Virus record (IMG/VR): IMGVR_UViG_3300044633_003049
Location: 62,001-126,000 of that record
DNA length: 64,000 bases
Strand: one strand, 5' to 3'
Below are positions 18,400 through 28,236 of this stretch, piece by piece. The notes beneath the pieces are model-generated. The model did not search any database. It was not told the origin of the DNA and was given only the letters and a program-made list of their open reading frames with translations. Each line of letters opens with the position of its first letter. Within the stretch, counting starts at the first letter, position 1. The translations under genes and the position numbers were made by a program.

Positions 18400-21184
18400 T
18401 TCTTATTTGCTTTATAAAATTAATTAATTCGGGATAATACTCCTCACAATTTACTCCTCTTCTTTTTTCATATTCATCAATGAATTTAATAAAATCTCTT
18501 TTACTACTATCAAATTCTTTAATGTCAGTATCGTAATCTGTAATGAAGATGTCTTTTATTCTTGAAATTTTTTCAATCTCTTGGGTTGAAAATCCGACGT
18601 CTTCAATAGTTTGTTGTTCATAGAAATTAATACTTCTATATGTTGAATTAAATTTCATGTACTTTAACCACCTATTAAAGTACTCAACATCAATATAATC
18701 TTTCAATACTCTAAAACTCATAAATGAAGGATGTCTCAAATATGATGTATCTAAAATAACTGCCGAGTTCCAATATCTTGATGTATTGAAATGTTTAAGT
18801 TTAAAACTATGTATTTTTTTAATTAGTTTTTCGTATGAAAATATACTAAACATATTAAAAGTTGACATTACTACAATGGTTACTTTGTCCAATACCGTTA
18901 AAATTTTATCTATGTTTGAGAATAGTCTATCAAACTCCAATCCAAATCTTGTGTATTCGGCTTGTTTACCGTATCCTTCACATGATGTAAACAATATTAC
19001 CTCCTTAACTCTACCTTCAGCAATTATTTTTTCTAATTTTAAAATTAATTTATCAATCAACTCATCTGATACACCTAAATTGCTATTGATTGATAATTTT
19101 AAATTTTCGTTAGGTGTGTCAGTTTCCAATATGAAATCTAATACTTTCCATGTGTCTTTTGATAATAGAGGTTCTCCACCGGTAATTCTAAAAGTATCTA
19201 AAGTTGAATATAATTCAGGGAACCATTCCCAAAACGCTTCCACATATGGATTTTCATCTGTTTGTTTATATGGTTTAGTATTTCTTTCCTCCATCCTTCT
19301 GAGACCATTAAATTCATGTGTATCTAACATATATCCTCCGTGTTCGTTAATCTCTTCCATCCATTTGGTCGAATATTCAGGTCCACAATACGCACATTTA
19401 AAATTACATGTGTTAGAAAAATTAACTTCAACATATTTTGGGTTGTAGTTATCTCTCCAATGTAAGTTGGCAATTTCGTCAAAGTGAGGTTCAGACCATG
19501 GTTCCGCAGATTTAAAAAATCTATCAGAAAATGAATCGGAATGATCTTCTACATTCCAACAATAATTACATTCACTTGGTCTTTTGTTTTCCAACATTTC
19601 TTTCCTAGCTCTCTTCTTTACATTACTATTGTGTAATGCGGTTGGGTTTCTTTTAATTTCATCTAACCCTATTTTATGTGGTTCAGGATGGTGACAACTA
19701 TGTGTTGTTCCATTATGTAAATGCATAGTCACTTGTGTCCATTTAGCCAAACAAAAACCACAACCAACTTTATTTAATTTTTCTTTAACAAGATTAAAAT
19801 CTACCATTGTCTTAAATGTTAATAAATCAACAAGTTCGATTGATGTTTCTTTATTTAAATTGTCAAAAATTTCATCAATATTATCAGTTTTTTTAAAATT
19901 AAAATAAGTTAAAGAATTATCTGTTTTTGTTAGTTTTTCTAAATCAACAATATTCATAATTCCATCATAAATACTAAAATGATTTAATTCCATTTCAGTA
20001 AAACATTTATGATTTTCTAATAAAGAACTTGGATTATGGCAACCGAAATAAATTGATTCCGTATTGTATTCAGATATTAAATTATCTTTAACTTCAATTG
20101 TGTCAATTAATTTAAAATTATGATACAATTCGAAATATTCATTCTTTTTATAAATTAAACTAATAGTAATTCCATTATGTAAATCGTTACGATTTATTTT
20201 ATAGTTTTTGTGGCAATGAAATTCTTTATTTTCTTCATCTTTTTGTGTCCAATATTCAAAAACAAACTTCTCGACTTCATAATCAAAGCTAATACCAAAG
20301 TTTTTACCTGGTATTCCAAAAAATCCAATTTTCTCATCTTGAGTAAAATGACGTTCTATTTTAAAAATAATATTTAATGAAAAATCTCTATTTGTTAATA
20401 AATTAGATTCTAAATTGGTTTTTAATTTAAATGGTTTTTTATGTTCAATTTTTAATCCAGGTACCCTTTTTCTTTTTAATTTTATTCTATCCGCAACACT
20501 GACATTTAATTCACTAAATGAAATGTTTATTAGTTTATCTTTTTGATTTTGTATTAGAAAATAATTATAGTCTTCTTTATGAACTAAATATTTTTCCTTT
20601 AAATCAAAGTAACATAACAAATTATCATTAAGATTTTTACTATTATAAAATTTTTCAACATCTTCTATATTCGCCTCTCCATTAAAAATACTAAAATGTT
20701 TTAAATCTAATTCTGTAAAACATTTGTGTTTGTGATTATCAGCATCGGGGTTATGACAACCAAAATAAAGTGGTTGGGTATAGTAATCTTCAATTAAAGG
20801 GTCGTCTAATTCTACATCGAAAAATATATTAAAGTCATGATATAATTCTAATATATTTTTTTCTTTATCGTAATGTATAGTTAAAACAAGACCATTTTCA
20901 ACATCAATTCTATTAATATGGAAATCTTTATGGCAGTGAAAATTATCTCTACCGTTCAACCCTTTTGTCCAAAATTCAAATACAAAAGTCTCAACTTCAA
21001 AATCATAACTAATTCCAAAGTTTTTACCTGGCATACCTAAAAATCCTAATTTTTCATTATCGTAAAAATTTTCAACTTTAAATTCAATTGTTAAATAGGA
21101 ACTATCAGATAAAAACGGATTTATCTTATTACTATCAAGATTATTAATTTCAAATAACCAAGGTTTTTGATTTTCTACTTTCAT
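18383..21184 (-). CDS. Two LamG-like domains fused to a twitch-type radical SAM enzyme
   Basis: Duplicated G.PGKNFGIS.D.EVE.FVFE.WT / YFGCHNP repeats; CLAKW..SCH, CNYCW, CNFKCAYC, TGGEP; paralog of 16165-17613. Confidence 0.85.
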   Translation of the reverse strand: MKVENQKPWLFEINNLDSNKINPFLSDSSYLTIEFKVENFYDNEKLGFLGMPGKNFGISYDFEVETFVFEFWTKGLNGRDNFHCHKDFHINRIDVENGLVLTIHYDKEKNILELYHDFNIFFDVELDDPLIEDYYTQPLYFGCHNPDADNHKHKCFTELDLKHFSIFNGEANIEDVEKFYNSKNLNDNLLCYFDLKEKYLVHKEDYNYFLIQNQKDKLINISFSELNVSVADRIKLKRKRVPGLKIEHKKPFKLKTNLESNLLTNRDFSLNIIFKIERHFTQDEKIGFFGIPGKNFGISFDYEVEKFVFEYWTQKDEENKEFHCHKNYKINRNDLHNGITISLIYKKNEYFELYHNFKLIDTIEVKDNLISEYNTESIYFGCHNPSSLLENHKCFTEMELNHFSIYDGIMNIVDLEKLTKTDNSLTYFNFKKTDNIDEIFDNLNKETSIELVDLLTFKTMVDFNLVKEKLNKVGCGFCLAKWTQVTMHLHNGTTHSCHHPEPHKIGLDEIKRNPTALHNSNVKKRARKEMLENKRPSECNYCWNVEDHSDSFSDRFFKSAEPWSEPHFDEIANLHWRDNYNPKYVEVNFSNTCNFKCAYCGPEYSTKWMEEINEHGGYMLDTHEFNGLRRMEERNTKPYKQTDENPYVEAFWEWFPELYSTLDTFRITGGEPLLSKDTWKVLDFILETDTPNENLKLSINSNLGVSDELIDKLILKLEKIIAEGRVKEVILFTSCEGYGKQAEYTRFGLEFDRLFSNIDKILTVLDKVTIVVMSTFNMFSIFSYEKLIKKIHSFKLKHFNTSRYWNSAVILDTSYLRHPSFMSFRVLKDYIDVEYFNRWLKYMKFNSTYRSINFYEQQTIEDVGFSTQEIEKISRIKDIFITDYDTDIKEFDSSKRDFIKFIDEYEKRRGVNCEEYYPELINFIKQIRNDNKL

Positions 21185-22599
21185 TTCATTGTAACATTTA
21201 TAAATTTAGTATTTTCATATAAAGATACATCAATATTTTCAACATTCAAAACATTTAATATATTGTTTAATCCATCTTCATTATGTTTAATTAAACCCTG
21301 TTGCATCTCCATAACAAATCTTTTTTCGTTTCTAGCGGTAGTTTCCCCCTTAGCCCATTTTCCTTTAACATAACCCTCATCTATATGGGGTATACAGTCA
21401 AAATTACCTTCCTTTCTGAATGGAATCACATTTTCAACCACATTAATATTTTCTTTTGAAATGTTAACATTAAATTCACATTCTTCTTTATTAATATTTT
21501 CTACAACTCCCTTTTTAAAATCCATTTGTAATAACAATCCATCTGAATCATGTAACGCTTCATTGATATCATTTATTGATTTATTAAAAATTCTAATTTC
21601 CGCAATTTTACCTTTAAAAAATGTATTAACGTGTGAACAAAATCCAATTATAAATGGTTGTAGATTATTATATGGTTTTAATTTTTTCTCAATTTTAAAT
21701 GGTGTGTTTTGTTTAGTTCCGTTTTGATTATTAATTAATTCATCGTTTATATATAATGACATCTCCTTTCTTTTACTATTATATGACATTGTCACCCATG
21801 TCCATTGATTTTCATATCTTTTTGCATAGTTGTAATAGTGATTACTATCTTTATCATACATAACCATATTAACTGAACGTGAATTATTAAACGATAATCC
21901 CCAAGTCCAAGAATCTAATTTTCTTATTAATGGGTACTCAATGAATTTCTTTTCTTCGTCCCCAACAAGCCAAATCGGTACCTTTTCTGGTTGTTGTTCA
22001 GCATTAAATAATATTGATATTGTATGGTCATTATCCAAACAACTATCTAATTCTTTATTAGACGGTATAATTATAAAGTTATTTATTCCATTAAAAGTTG
22101 CCGTTGTTTTATTTTTATAAGTTTTAAAAACATTATTCGTTGTATATCCTTCTAAATAACATCTCCAAAATAAGTCATCATCTTCCTGACCCCAATCCCA
22201 ATATTCATTTGAATATCCATTGGTTTTATATGCTTGTTCTTTTGTGAATAAAACGACACCTCCAAAGTATTGATCATAACCTAACCCGTAATTATATTTT
22301 GATAACTTTGTTGCAATGTGTGTTGGATGTTCTTCAGGATACGAATAATCAGCATCTACTTGTGGTAACATATCAACATCGTGCCATGCAACATAGTCAC
22401 ATCCGTCTTCAAACGCGTAATGTGCTGCAATATTTTTCATTGCACCTCTATTGAATAACTTTTCGTCTACTTGGTGACCAACATAAAACGTATGGTCAAT
22501 TCCATTATCTGTTAAATGTTTTGATAGATGTGGTATTAATTTATCAATGTGTTCTTTTCTATCTCTATATGGTATACAAATACCTAATTTATGACTCAT
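21181..22599 (-). CDS. GT7 beta-1,4-galactosyltransferase-like enzyme with inserted LamG domain
   Basis: IPYRDR, FNRGAMKN, WHDVD, YFGGV, GYSNEYWDWGQEDDD; LamG (WTWVTMSY, LYIND, FKGKIAEIRIFN); GT7 C-terminus DGLNN...INVTM. Confidence 0.85.
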   Translation of the reverse strand: MSHKLGICIPYRDRKEHIDKLIPHLSKHLTDNGIDHTFYVGHQVDEKLFNRGAMKNIAAHYAFEDGCDYVAWHDVDMLPQVDADYSYPEEHPTHIATKLSKYNYGLGYDQYFGGVVLFTKEQAYKTNGYSNEYWDWGQEDDDLFWRCYLEGYTTNNVFKTYKNKTTATFNGINNFIIIPSNKELDSCLDNDHTISILFNAEQQPEKVPIWLVGDEEKKFIEYPLIRKLDSWTWGLSFNNSRSVNMVMYDKDSNHYYNYAKRYENQWTWVTMSYNSKRKEMSLYINDELINNQNGTKQNTPFKIEKKLKPYNNLQPFIIGFCSHVNTFFKGKIAEIRIFNKSINDINEALHDSDGLLLQMDFKKGVVENINKEECEFNVNISKENINVVENVIPFRKEGNFDCIPHIDEGYVKGKWAKGETTARNEKRFVMEMQQGLIKHNEDGLNNILNVLNVENIDVSLYENTKFINVTMK

Positions 22600-24047
22600 A
22601 TTGCTACGTTAACGTGTGTTATGTTTTCACTTATCTGAATTTTTGAATGTTCAGCAAATTCCAATGTTGATAATCCGTCATTTTCCAATAACTCGTCATT
22701 TAATCTAACTTCATTATAAAATCTTAATTGATTCCATCTGGTTGCTTTGAATTTCCATTTGTTTTTATAAAACCCATTTTCTTTGTGTGGTAATAATGCA
22801 AATGTCGATTCTCTTCTATGTGGTATTTTTATTCTTTTATATTTTTCAAATTCTAAATCAACAATTTCACAATTAAAAATTTTACCGTTATTTAAATTAT
22901 CCGATAAATCTTTTAATTTATAACCTTCAGTAAAATTAGGGTCATAATATAGTTGTAGGTCTTGTGATGATATATAATCACCAAAATTTTCCTTTAAATT
23001 ATTATTTTCATTTTTAGATATTTCTAAAATTTCATTGTCATTTAAATTACAATTGTATACTGCGAATGTTGAAATATAACCATTAAAATAATTAGGATAT
23101 TGAGAATTAGGTGTGTCATTTCTTTTTGGGTTACCTACACCTAAATAAAAATATTTTTCATTATCGTATGAACGTATTTTTTTATAAAATACTTCTTTCC
23201 CAATCAGTTTTCCGTCTTGATATACTTTAATAACGTCGTTAATGTTGTCTAACACAACACATATATTCGTTTTATAATTTGTTATTATATTTGAATTAAC
23301 ATAAACCGCATTATTGTCTTTATCAAAAGTGCAGAAATTATATCTACGAAATGAATTATACGTAATTGAAAAATCGTATCCTGGAATTGAAAATATAGTA
23401 AAATCGTCAGAGTCTTTTGTATGGTCTAATATTAAATCAGTAGGATAAAACGAAACGAAAAATGTCATATTTTGATTAAGTTTAAATTCATTTCTTGCCT
23501 TAACATATGCATTTATACCATTAAGTTTTAATACTTTTGATGGTGATGTCCCCACATTCTGAATATCTAAATCATTTAATGGTATACCTTTTTTTTCACA
23601 TCTATAAAGTAAGTCAGTGTCCTCATAACCCCAACCCCAATACTTATTGGAATACCCATCTATTTGACGAAAATGTTCCATTGGGAACATTACAACTCCT
23701 CCAAAATATTCTTCGAAGGTTAATTTTTTATCATACTCTTCATTATTTAAAAAATGTGTTGATAAATGTAACGGGACCTCTGAATATGAATAATCAACAT
23801 GTATTGGCATCATGTCAATATCATGAAATACGACATAATCACAATTTAATTCTTCAGCATACTTAAATCCGATATTTAATAATGTTCCCCTATTAAATAA
23901 TTTAGCATCGTCTTGGTTAATAACAATTAATTCATAATTGATATCAAATTTTTCCATATATCTAACAAATCGTCTACTAAATTCTTTTAAATGACTTCTT
24001 CTATTTCTATATGGAACAACGACTCCTAATTTTTTACTTTTTTCCAC
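22596..24047 (-). CDS. GT7 beta-1,4-galactosyltransferase-like enzyme with inserted LamG domain
   Basis: VPYRNR, FNRGTLLNIG, FHDID, YFGGV, GYSNKYWGWGYED; LamG (VYQDG, FNGYISTFAVYN, DLSDNLNNG); C-terminus DGLSTL...HVNVAI. Confidence 0.85.
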   Translation of the reverse strand: MEKSKKLGVVVPYRNRRSHLKEFSRRFVRYMEKFDINYELIVINQDDAKLFNRGTLLNIGFKYAEELNCDYVVFHDIDMMPIHVDYSYSEVPLHLSTHFLNNEEYDKKLTFEEYFGGVVMFPMEHFRQIDGYSNKYWGWGYEDTDLLYRCEKKGIPLNDLDIQNVGTSPSKVLKLNGINAYVKARNEFKLNQNMTFFVSFYPTDLILDHTKDSDDFTIFSIPGYDFSITYNSFRRYNFCTFDKDNNAVYVNSNIITNYKTNICVVLDNINDVIKVYQDGKLIGKEVFYKKIRSYDNEKYFYLGVGNPKRNDTPNSQYPNYFNGYISTFAVYNCNLNDNEILEISKNENNNLKENFGDYISSQDLQLYYDPNFTEGYKLKDLSDNLNNGKIFNCEIVDLEFEKYKRIKIPHRRESTFALLPHKENGFYKNKWKFKATRWNQLRFYNEVRLNDELLENDGLSTLEFAEHSKIQISENITHVNVAI

Positions 24048-24264
24048 TCTTAGTTGTTACTTTACTGTCCTCAACGAAACCTTCTTTTACAAATTTGTTA
24101 TGAAATTCCGCTAGATAATATTGGGCTCTGTTACCCCACTCATCTTTATCGATTTCTTCAAACCAAACGGTTAAAGAATCTAATGAATTTGCAATTTTTT
24201 CTAAGGCTTTTACTTTTCTTGTTTCGAGAGCCATTAACTCGTCATTTGATGGTTTTACACTCAT
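24034..24264 (-). CDS. Hypothetical protein (76 aa)
   Basis: Overlapping, translationally coupled ORF within the operon. Confidence 0.6.
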   Translation of the reverse strand: MSVKPSNDELMALETRKVKALEKIANSLDSLTVWFEEIDKDEWGNRAQYYLAEFHNKFVKEGFVEDSKVTTKSGKK

Positions 24265-25118
24265 ATTGATGTTATTTTATTTATTAATTTATTCCAACTT
24301 TTATATCTGTTATATTCGGGATATATTAATCCCAATTCAAACATATATTCTCTTTTATTTAGATTTATTTTATATTTTGTTTTTAACAATTCAGTGAACA
24401 TTTTAAAATACTCATCTGAATAAGAATAATCTTCTTTTAATTCTGCAACCGCTTTCACTCTATCTATGGAAGTTTTATCCCATTTAAAATGATGTACTTG
24501 AACTGAATAGGATGGTATTGGTGCAATTGATGGATGACCCCAACCTTGCCATTTCCATGTGGTGTGTCCATCAATATTTGCATAGTGTTGACCTGAAGTA
24601 ATTTGTATTCCACCTCTAATTAAACATATTTTATTTGGACACGCTTTACTCATATGATATCTAAAAAAACCGGCATTTGGAAATTGTTCCCATATTGATA
24701 CATCATCTTTTAATTCAACAAACTCACCATCTTCTCCAATTCTATCAATAAAACCACCTCGAACAATATCCCATCCAAATTCTTCACAATCGTTAATTAA
24801 TGAAACAATATCATCATCAGGATATAAATGAAATTCATCAATGTCGGCAATCACCCACCAATCAAATGGTATTTGATCCTTAATGAAGTTATATAATGCG
24901 GTTACTTTCTCCCAATCAAAAACTCTATCTTCAATGACCTTAACAATCTTCACATTGTCATGGTCTTTAATAATTTCATTTATATCTTCTTCTAATGTTG
25001 GGTATAAATCTGTTTTATAAATTGCAATGTTAATCTCATCAACATATCTTTTATAATGTTTGATGAAATGTGGAAGTAAATTAACTCCGTGACCTATAAC
25101 TGTTAATAACCTAACCAT
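24261..25118 (-). CDS. GT2-like/GT92-like glycosyltransferase (GT-A fold)
   Basis: LLPHFIKHY, WWVIADIDEF (DxD), HHFKW. Confidence 0.75.
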   Translation of the reverse strand: MVRLLTVIGHGVNLLPHFIKHYKRYVDEINIAIYKTDLYPTLEEDINEIIKDHDNVKIVKVIEDRVFDWEKVTALYNFIKDQIPFDWWVIADIDEFHLYPDDDIVSLINDCEEFGWDIVRGGFIDRIGEDGEFVELKDDVSIWEQFPNAGFFRYHMSKACPNKICLIRGGIQITSGQHYANIDGHTTWKWQGWGHPSIAPIPSYSVQVHHFKWDKTSIDRVKAVAELKEDYSYSDEYFKMFTELLKTKYKINLNKREYMFELGLIYPEYNRYKSWNKLINKITSI

Positions 25119-25843
25119 TATTTTTTATTAATTACCGTTATACCGCTTGATGCTGGTTTGTTAGGTAATATACGAAAATTAAATAAATTAATCAAATTAT
25201 AAAGTGGATTTTTTTCTAATTCTTTAATAAATTTTGATGGACCGTCAAATCTATGGTGGTCTTTTTTTGCGTCCTCTGAAACTATTAATGATTCCTCGTA
25301 ATCTGAATCTGTATCGTGAATAACAATAATACCTTTATCGGTTAATAGTGTTGAATATAATTCAAAATCTTTCTTAACTCCTTCATATGAATGGTCACCA
25401 TCTATAAAGATAAAATCTAATTTAATATCTTGTAAAACAAAGAAATTATAATATGCATCTTCTGATGTTGATTTAATCAATCTGGGTTGAAACGTATGTC
25501 GGTAGTATGAATACTCATCCTCAAGGTCGTTAGGTCCTCCTACCCCATTACAAGCGTCAACCAGATAGGTTACACCAATATCACCCCAATTTAAAGTGTC
25601 GTTACCTTCAAATATTCCTTGTTTATGTAAATCTAATCTTGCTTGTGTTATAATACGAGGTATATATCCACCACCAGAACCGATACATGCGCAGTTCTTG
25701 GCTCTCATATGTTGTATTAACGAATAAACTATAATACCATCACCTAAATGTTCTTCGGTGGCACCATGTGTCCATCTATAAGGTACAGGTTCACCATAAT
25801 TGGTTGTAATTTTTTCTTTAATAAAATCTTGATTGGTAATCAT
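25118..25843 (-). CDS. Class I SAM-dependent methyltransferase (Methyltransf_24-like)
   Basis: IGSGGG, DFIFIDGDHSYEGVKKDF, GIIVIHDT. Confidence 0.85.
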   Translation of the reverse strand: MITNQDFIKEKITTNYGEPVPYRWTHGATEEHLGDGIIVYSLIQHMRAKNCACIGSGGGYIPRIITQARLDLHKQGIFEGNDTLNWGDIGVTYLVDACNGVGGPNDLEDEYSYYRHTFQPRLIKSTSEDAYYNFFVLQDIKLDFIFIDGDHSYEGVKKDFELYSTLLTDKGIIVIHDTDSDYEESLIVSEDAKKDHHRFDGPSKFIKELEKNPLYNLINLFNFRILPNKPASSGITVINKK

Positions 25844-25846
25844 AAC

Positions 25847-26527
25847 TTATTGTTTTATTACATTTATAACATTATCTTTTAACATATTAAACAATTCATT
25901 ATCTTTTTGTATATACACATTTGATAGTTTTGATGCAATATGTATTGAGAATCCTTCTCCACCTGCGTATATTTCTTTAATTCTTCTGATATCACAACTT
26001 TCTCTCACCACTTGCAACTTTTCATATTGTAAAAAGAAATCATCTTTAAGTCCTTGATTATTAAAGACAATGAAATATTCGTTAATTGTTTCTAACTCTG
26101 TAAATGTTGGTAATAATTTATCAACGTACTTCTTATATTCATCCCAATCTGGTGCAGTTAAATTGATTTCACCGATAAACTCTTTATTAACTTTATTTGA
26201 TAATAGATTATCAATGTATGTGATTCCGTCTTTGAATTTGTGGTTTTTTAAATCGTTAATAATTGAATAGTCATTGATGATGGTGTCGGCATCAATTAAT
26301 ATTGCTATGTTATGATATTTTAATATTTCTTTAACTAATATTATCTTATCATGATATGACTTAAGGTGTCTACCATAGTATATAGTTTTAGTTGTAAATT
26401 GTTCTGTGTCATCGGTTAAGACATAACAATCAATTCCAATATCTTTTAAATTGGTAACTTTTTCTTTTGTACTATTAAAATAGGAAACGTCACCGAAACA
26501 CATTACTCCTATACCGATATTATTCAT
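25847..26527 (-). CDS. DxD-type glycosyltransferase-like protein (GT6/GT8-like)
   Basis: Likely start ATG 26527 (MNNIGIGVMCFG) after CTTATATTAT; YVLTD, LIDADT. Confidence 0.5.
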   Translation of the reverse strand: MNNIGIGVMCFGDVSYFNSTKEKVTNLKDIGIDCYVLTDDTEQFTTKTIYYGRHLKSYHDKIILVKEILKYHNIAILIDADTIINDYSIINDLKNHKFKDGITYIDNLLSNKVNKEFIGEINLTAPDWDEYKKYVDKLLPTFTELETINEYFIVFNNQGLKDDFFLQYEKLQVVRESCDIRRIKEIYAGGEGFSIHIASKLSNVYIQKDNELFNMLKDNVINVIKQ

Positions 26528-26568
26528 ACCTATAATATAAGAAAAATATTTCAATAATTAAAATATTA

Positions 26569-28230
26569 TTATCTAATATAGACTTCCACTCTTGCACTTC
26601 TATTGATACCGGTAGTATCTTGACAACACCCAATCATATCTCCACCAGAATAGTTTCCATATCTACTATCCATACCAATACCACCACTTACATCATCCGA
26701 ACCTCTATATGGTCCTACTGCCAAAGTAGCTGGAGATGTGTATAATCCTTCACCATTTTCATTCCAACCAAACCCCCATCTAACTTTTGCATCCGTTGTA
26801 CCAAAATATAATGGGTTATTTCTAAAATTAAATCCATAAAATCTAATATCCACCTGACTTGAAAATACTCCACTTGCCCAACCAGTAAAAGTTTTTGCAT
26901 CTCTTAAAAAATATCCACCATAAGTACCACCATCACCACTTTCGTATGTTCCTGCATTAGTAAAAAAATCTACTAAATTTGTTCGCGTACTAGCTCTACC
27001 ACCATTAAACCCTTTTTCCATCCATATCCAATTTCCTGTTCCCGCAATACTACCACCAGTAGTTGGAATATCGGGCCATCTAGCCATTAAATCTGTACCT
27101 TCAAAATAATTGAATGCGTCATATTTAGCATCACCATCATCTTGATTTAAGTTATTTTGATTTAATACATTTTGTGTTGTCCAATAACTTGCCCCATAAT
27201 TAAAAGTAGTTCCTCTTGTGGCTTTCATTACCATCATCCAACCTCCTCCATCATATGCACTATCCATAATACAAAATGTTTTTCTTGGGCCAATGTTAGG
27301 TAAATTTATATAATATACCCCATTTGGTGCATTTGAATTTAAGGTTTTTATTGTTTGTGCCGAATCGGCCGGATTAAATGCTGAACCTAATGGTGTATCT
27401 ACTCCGTATCTACCTCTTTGTTCATTAAATATATTTCCAATTTCTTCATCACTTAATGCTCGGTTATAAATCATAACTGCTCCTAAATAACCAATAAGTA
27501 ATTCTCCCGTATTACCTTCACCAAATCTCAATGTTTCAGTATTTGTAGTTGAACTAACGGCACCTGTTACATATGCACATCGTATTGTATCAATAAATGT
27601 TGCTTTTGATGACCCGTCACTTCTAATGACAACTTGTTGCCACTTACTTCCTATTATTGAATTATTGGGTGTATCTATCGCTGCCAATGAGTAATTTGTT
27701 TCATAATGAATATATCCGAATGCACTTCTCAATGTTGCGGCGTATTGTTGTGAATCTCCTTTACTAATTAATCCGTGCCAAGTTCCACCACCTAATGATG
27801 GATTTACCCAAATTAACGCAGTATATTGTTGGGTACTCGTAAAATCCAATGAACTATGATGTGCAACGTTTGCTCTTGCGGTTCCATCAAAATATAAAGA
27901 ACCTCCTCCGGTCGTATTAAATGAAACACCTGAACCAGGTAGAGTTAAATTATTTGAATTTCCTGATAAATCTGTTAATGTACTACCATTACCACTATAA
28001 CATTGTGGATCACCAGCATCTATATAACAAACTAAACCAGATGTGCTATAATTTTCTTTTCTTTTTTGTGCGCTCATCCACTTAGTACCATCATACACTT
28101 CAACTTCGGTACGACTTGAATTATATCGTATCATACCAGTTGTTGGTGATGGTCTTTGTGTTCCAGTTCCCGATGGTAGTCCTAAATATCCGGTAGAACT
28201 TGTTATTGTTGTATTTTTAAGTGTTGCCAT
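26569..28230 (-). CDS. Fibre tip/adhesin: anchor domain + LamG + fibrinogen C-terminal-like domain
   Basis: LPSGT..QRP..G.IRYN..E.YDG.W anchor; LamG (DLSGNSN, IYNRALS); GVYYI..FC.MD..DGGGW fibrinogen-like motif. Confidence 0.75.
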   Translation of the reverse strand: MATLKNTTITSSTGYLGLPSGTGTQRPSPTTGMIRYNSSRTEVEVYDGTKWMSAQKRKENYSTSGLVCYIDAGDPQCYSGNGSTLTDLSGNSNNLTLPGSGVSFNTTGGGSLYFDGTARANVAHHSSLDFTSTQQYTALIWVNPSLGGGTWHGLISKGDSQQYAATLRSAFGYIHYETNYSLAAIDTPNNSIIGSKWQQVVIRSDGSSKATFIDTIRCAYVTGAVSSTTNTETLRFGEGNTGELLIGYLGAVMIYNRALSDEEIGNIFNEQRGRYGVDTPLGSAFNPADSAQTIKTLNSNAPNGVYYINLPNIGPRKTFCIMDSAYDGGGWMMVMKATRGTTFNYGASYWTTQNVLNQNNLNQDDGDAKYDAFNYFEGTDLMARWPDIPTTGGSIAGTGNWIWMEKGFNGGRASTRTNLVDFFTNAGTYESGDGGTYGGYFLRDAKTFTGWASGVFSSQVDIRFYGFNFRNNPLYFGTTDAKVRWGFGWNENGEGLYTSPATLAVGPYRGSDDVSGGIGMDSRYGNYSGGDMIGCCQDTTGINRSARVEVYIR

Positions 28231-28236
28231 AATTTT

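Noticed and set aside
24034-24264. RiPP precursor for the radical SAM enzymes
   Set aside because: Looks like an ordinary helical protein; no leader/core pattern, RRE domain, peptidase or transporter
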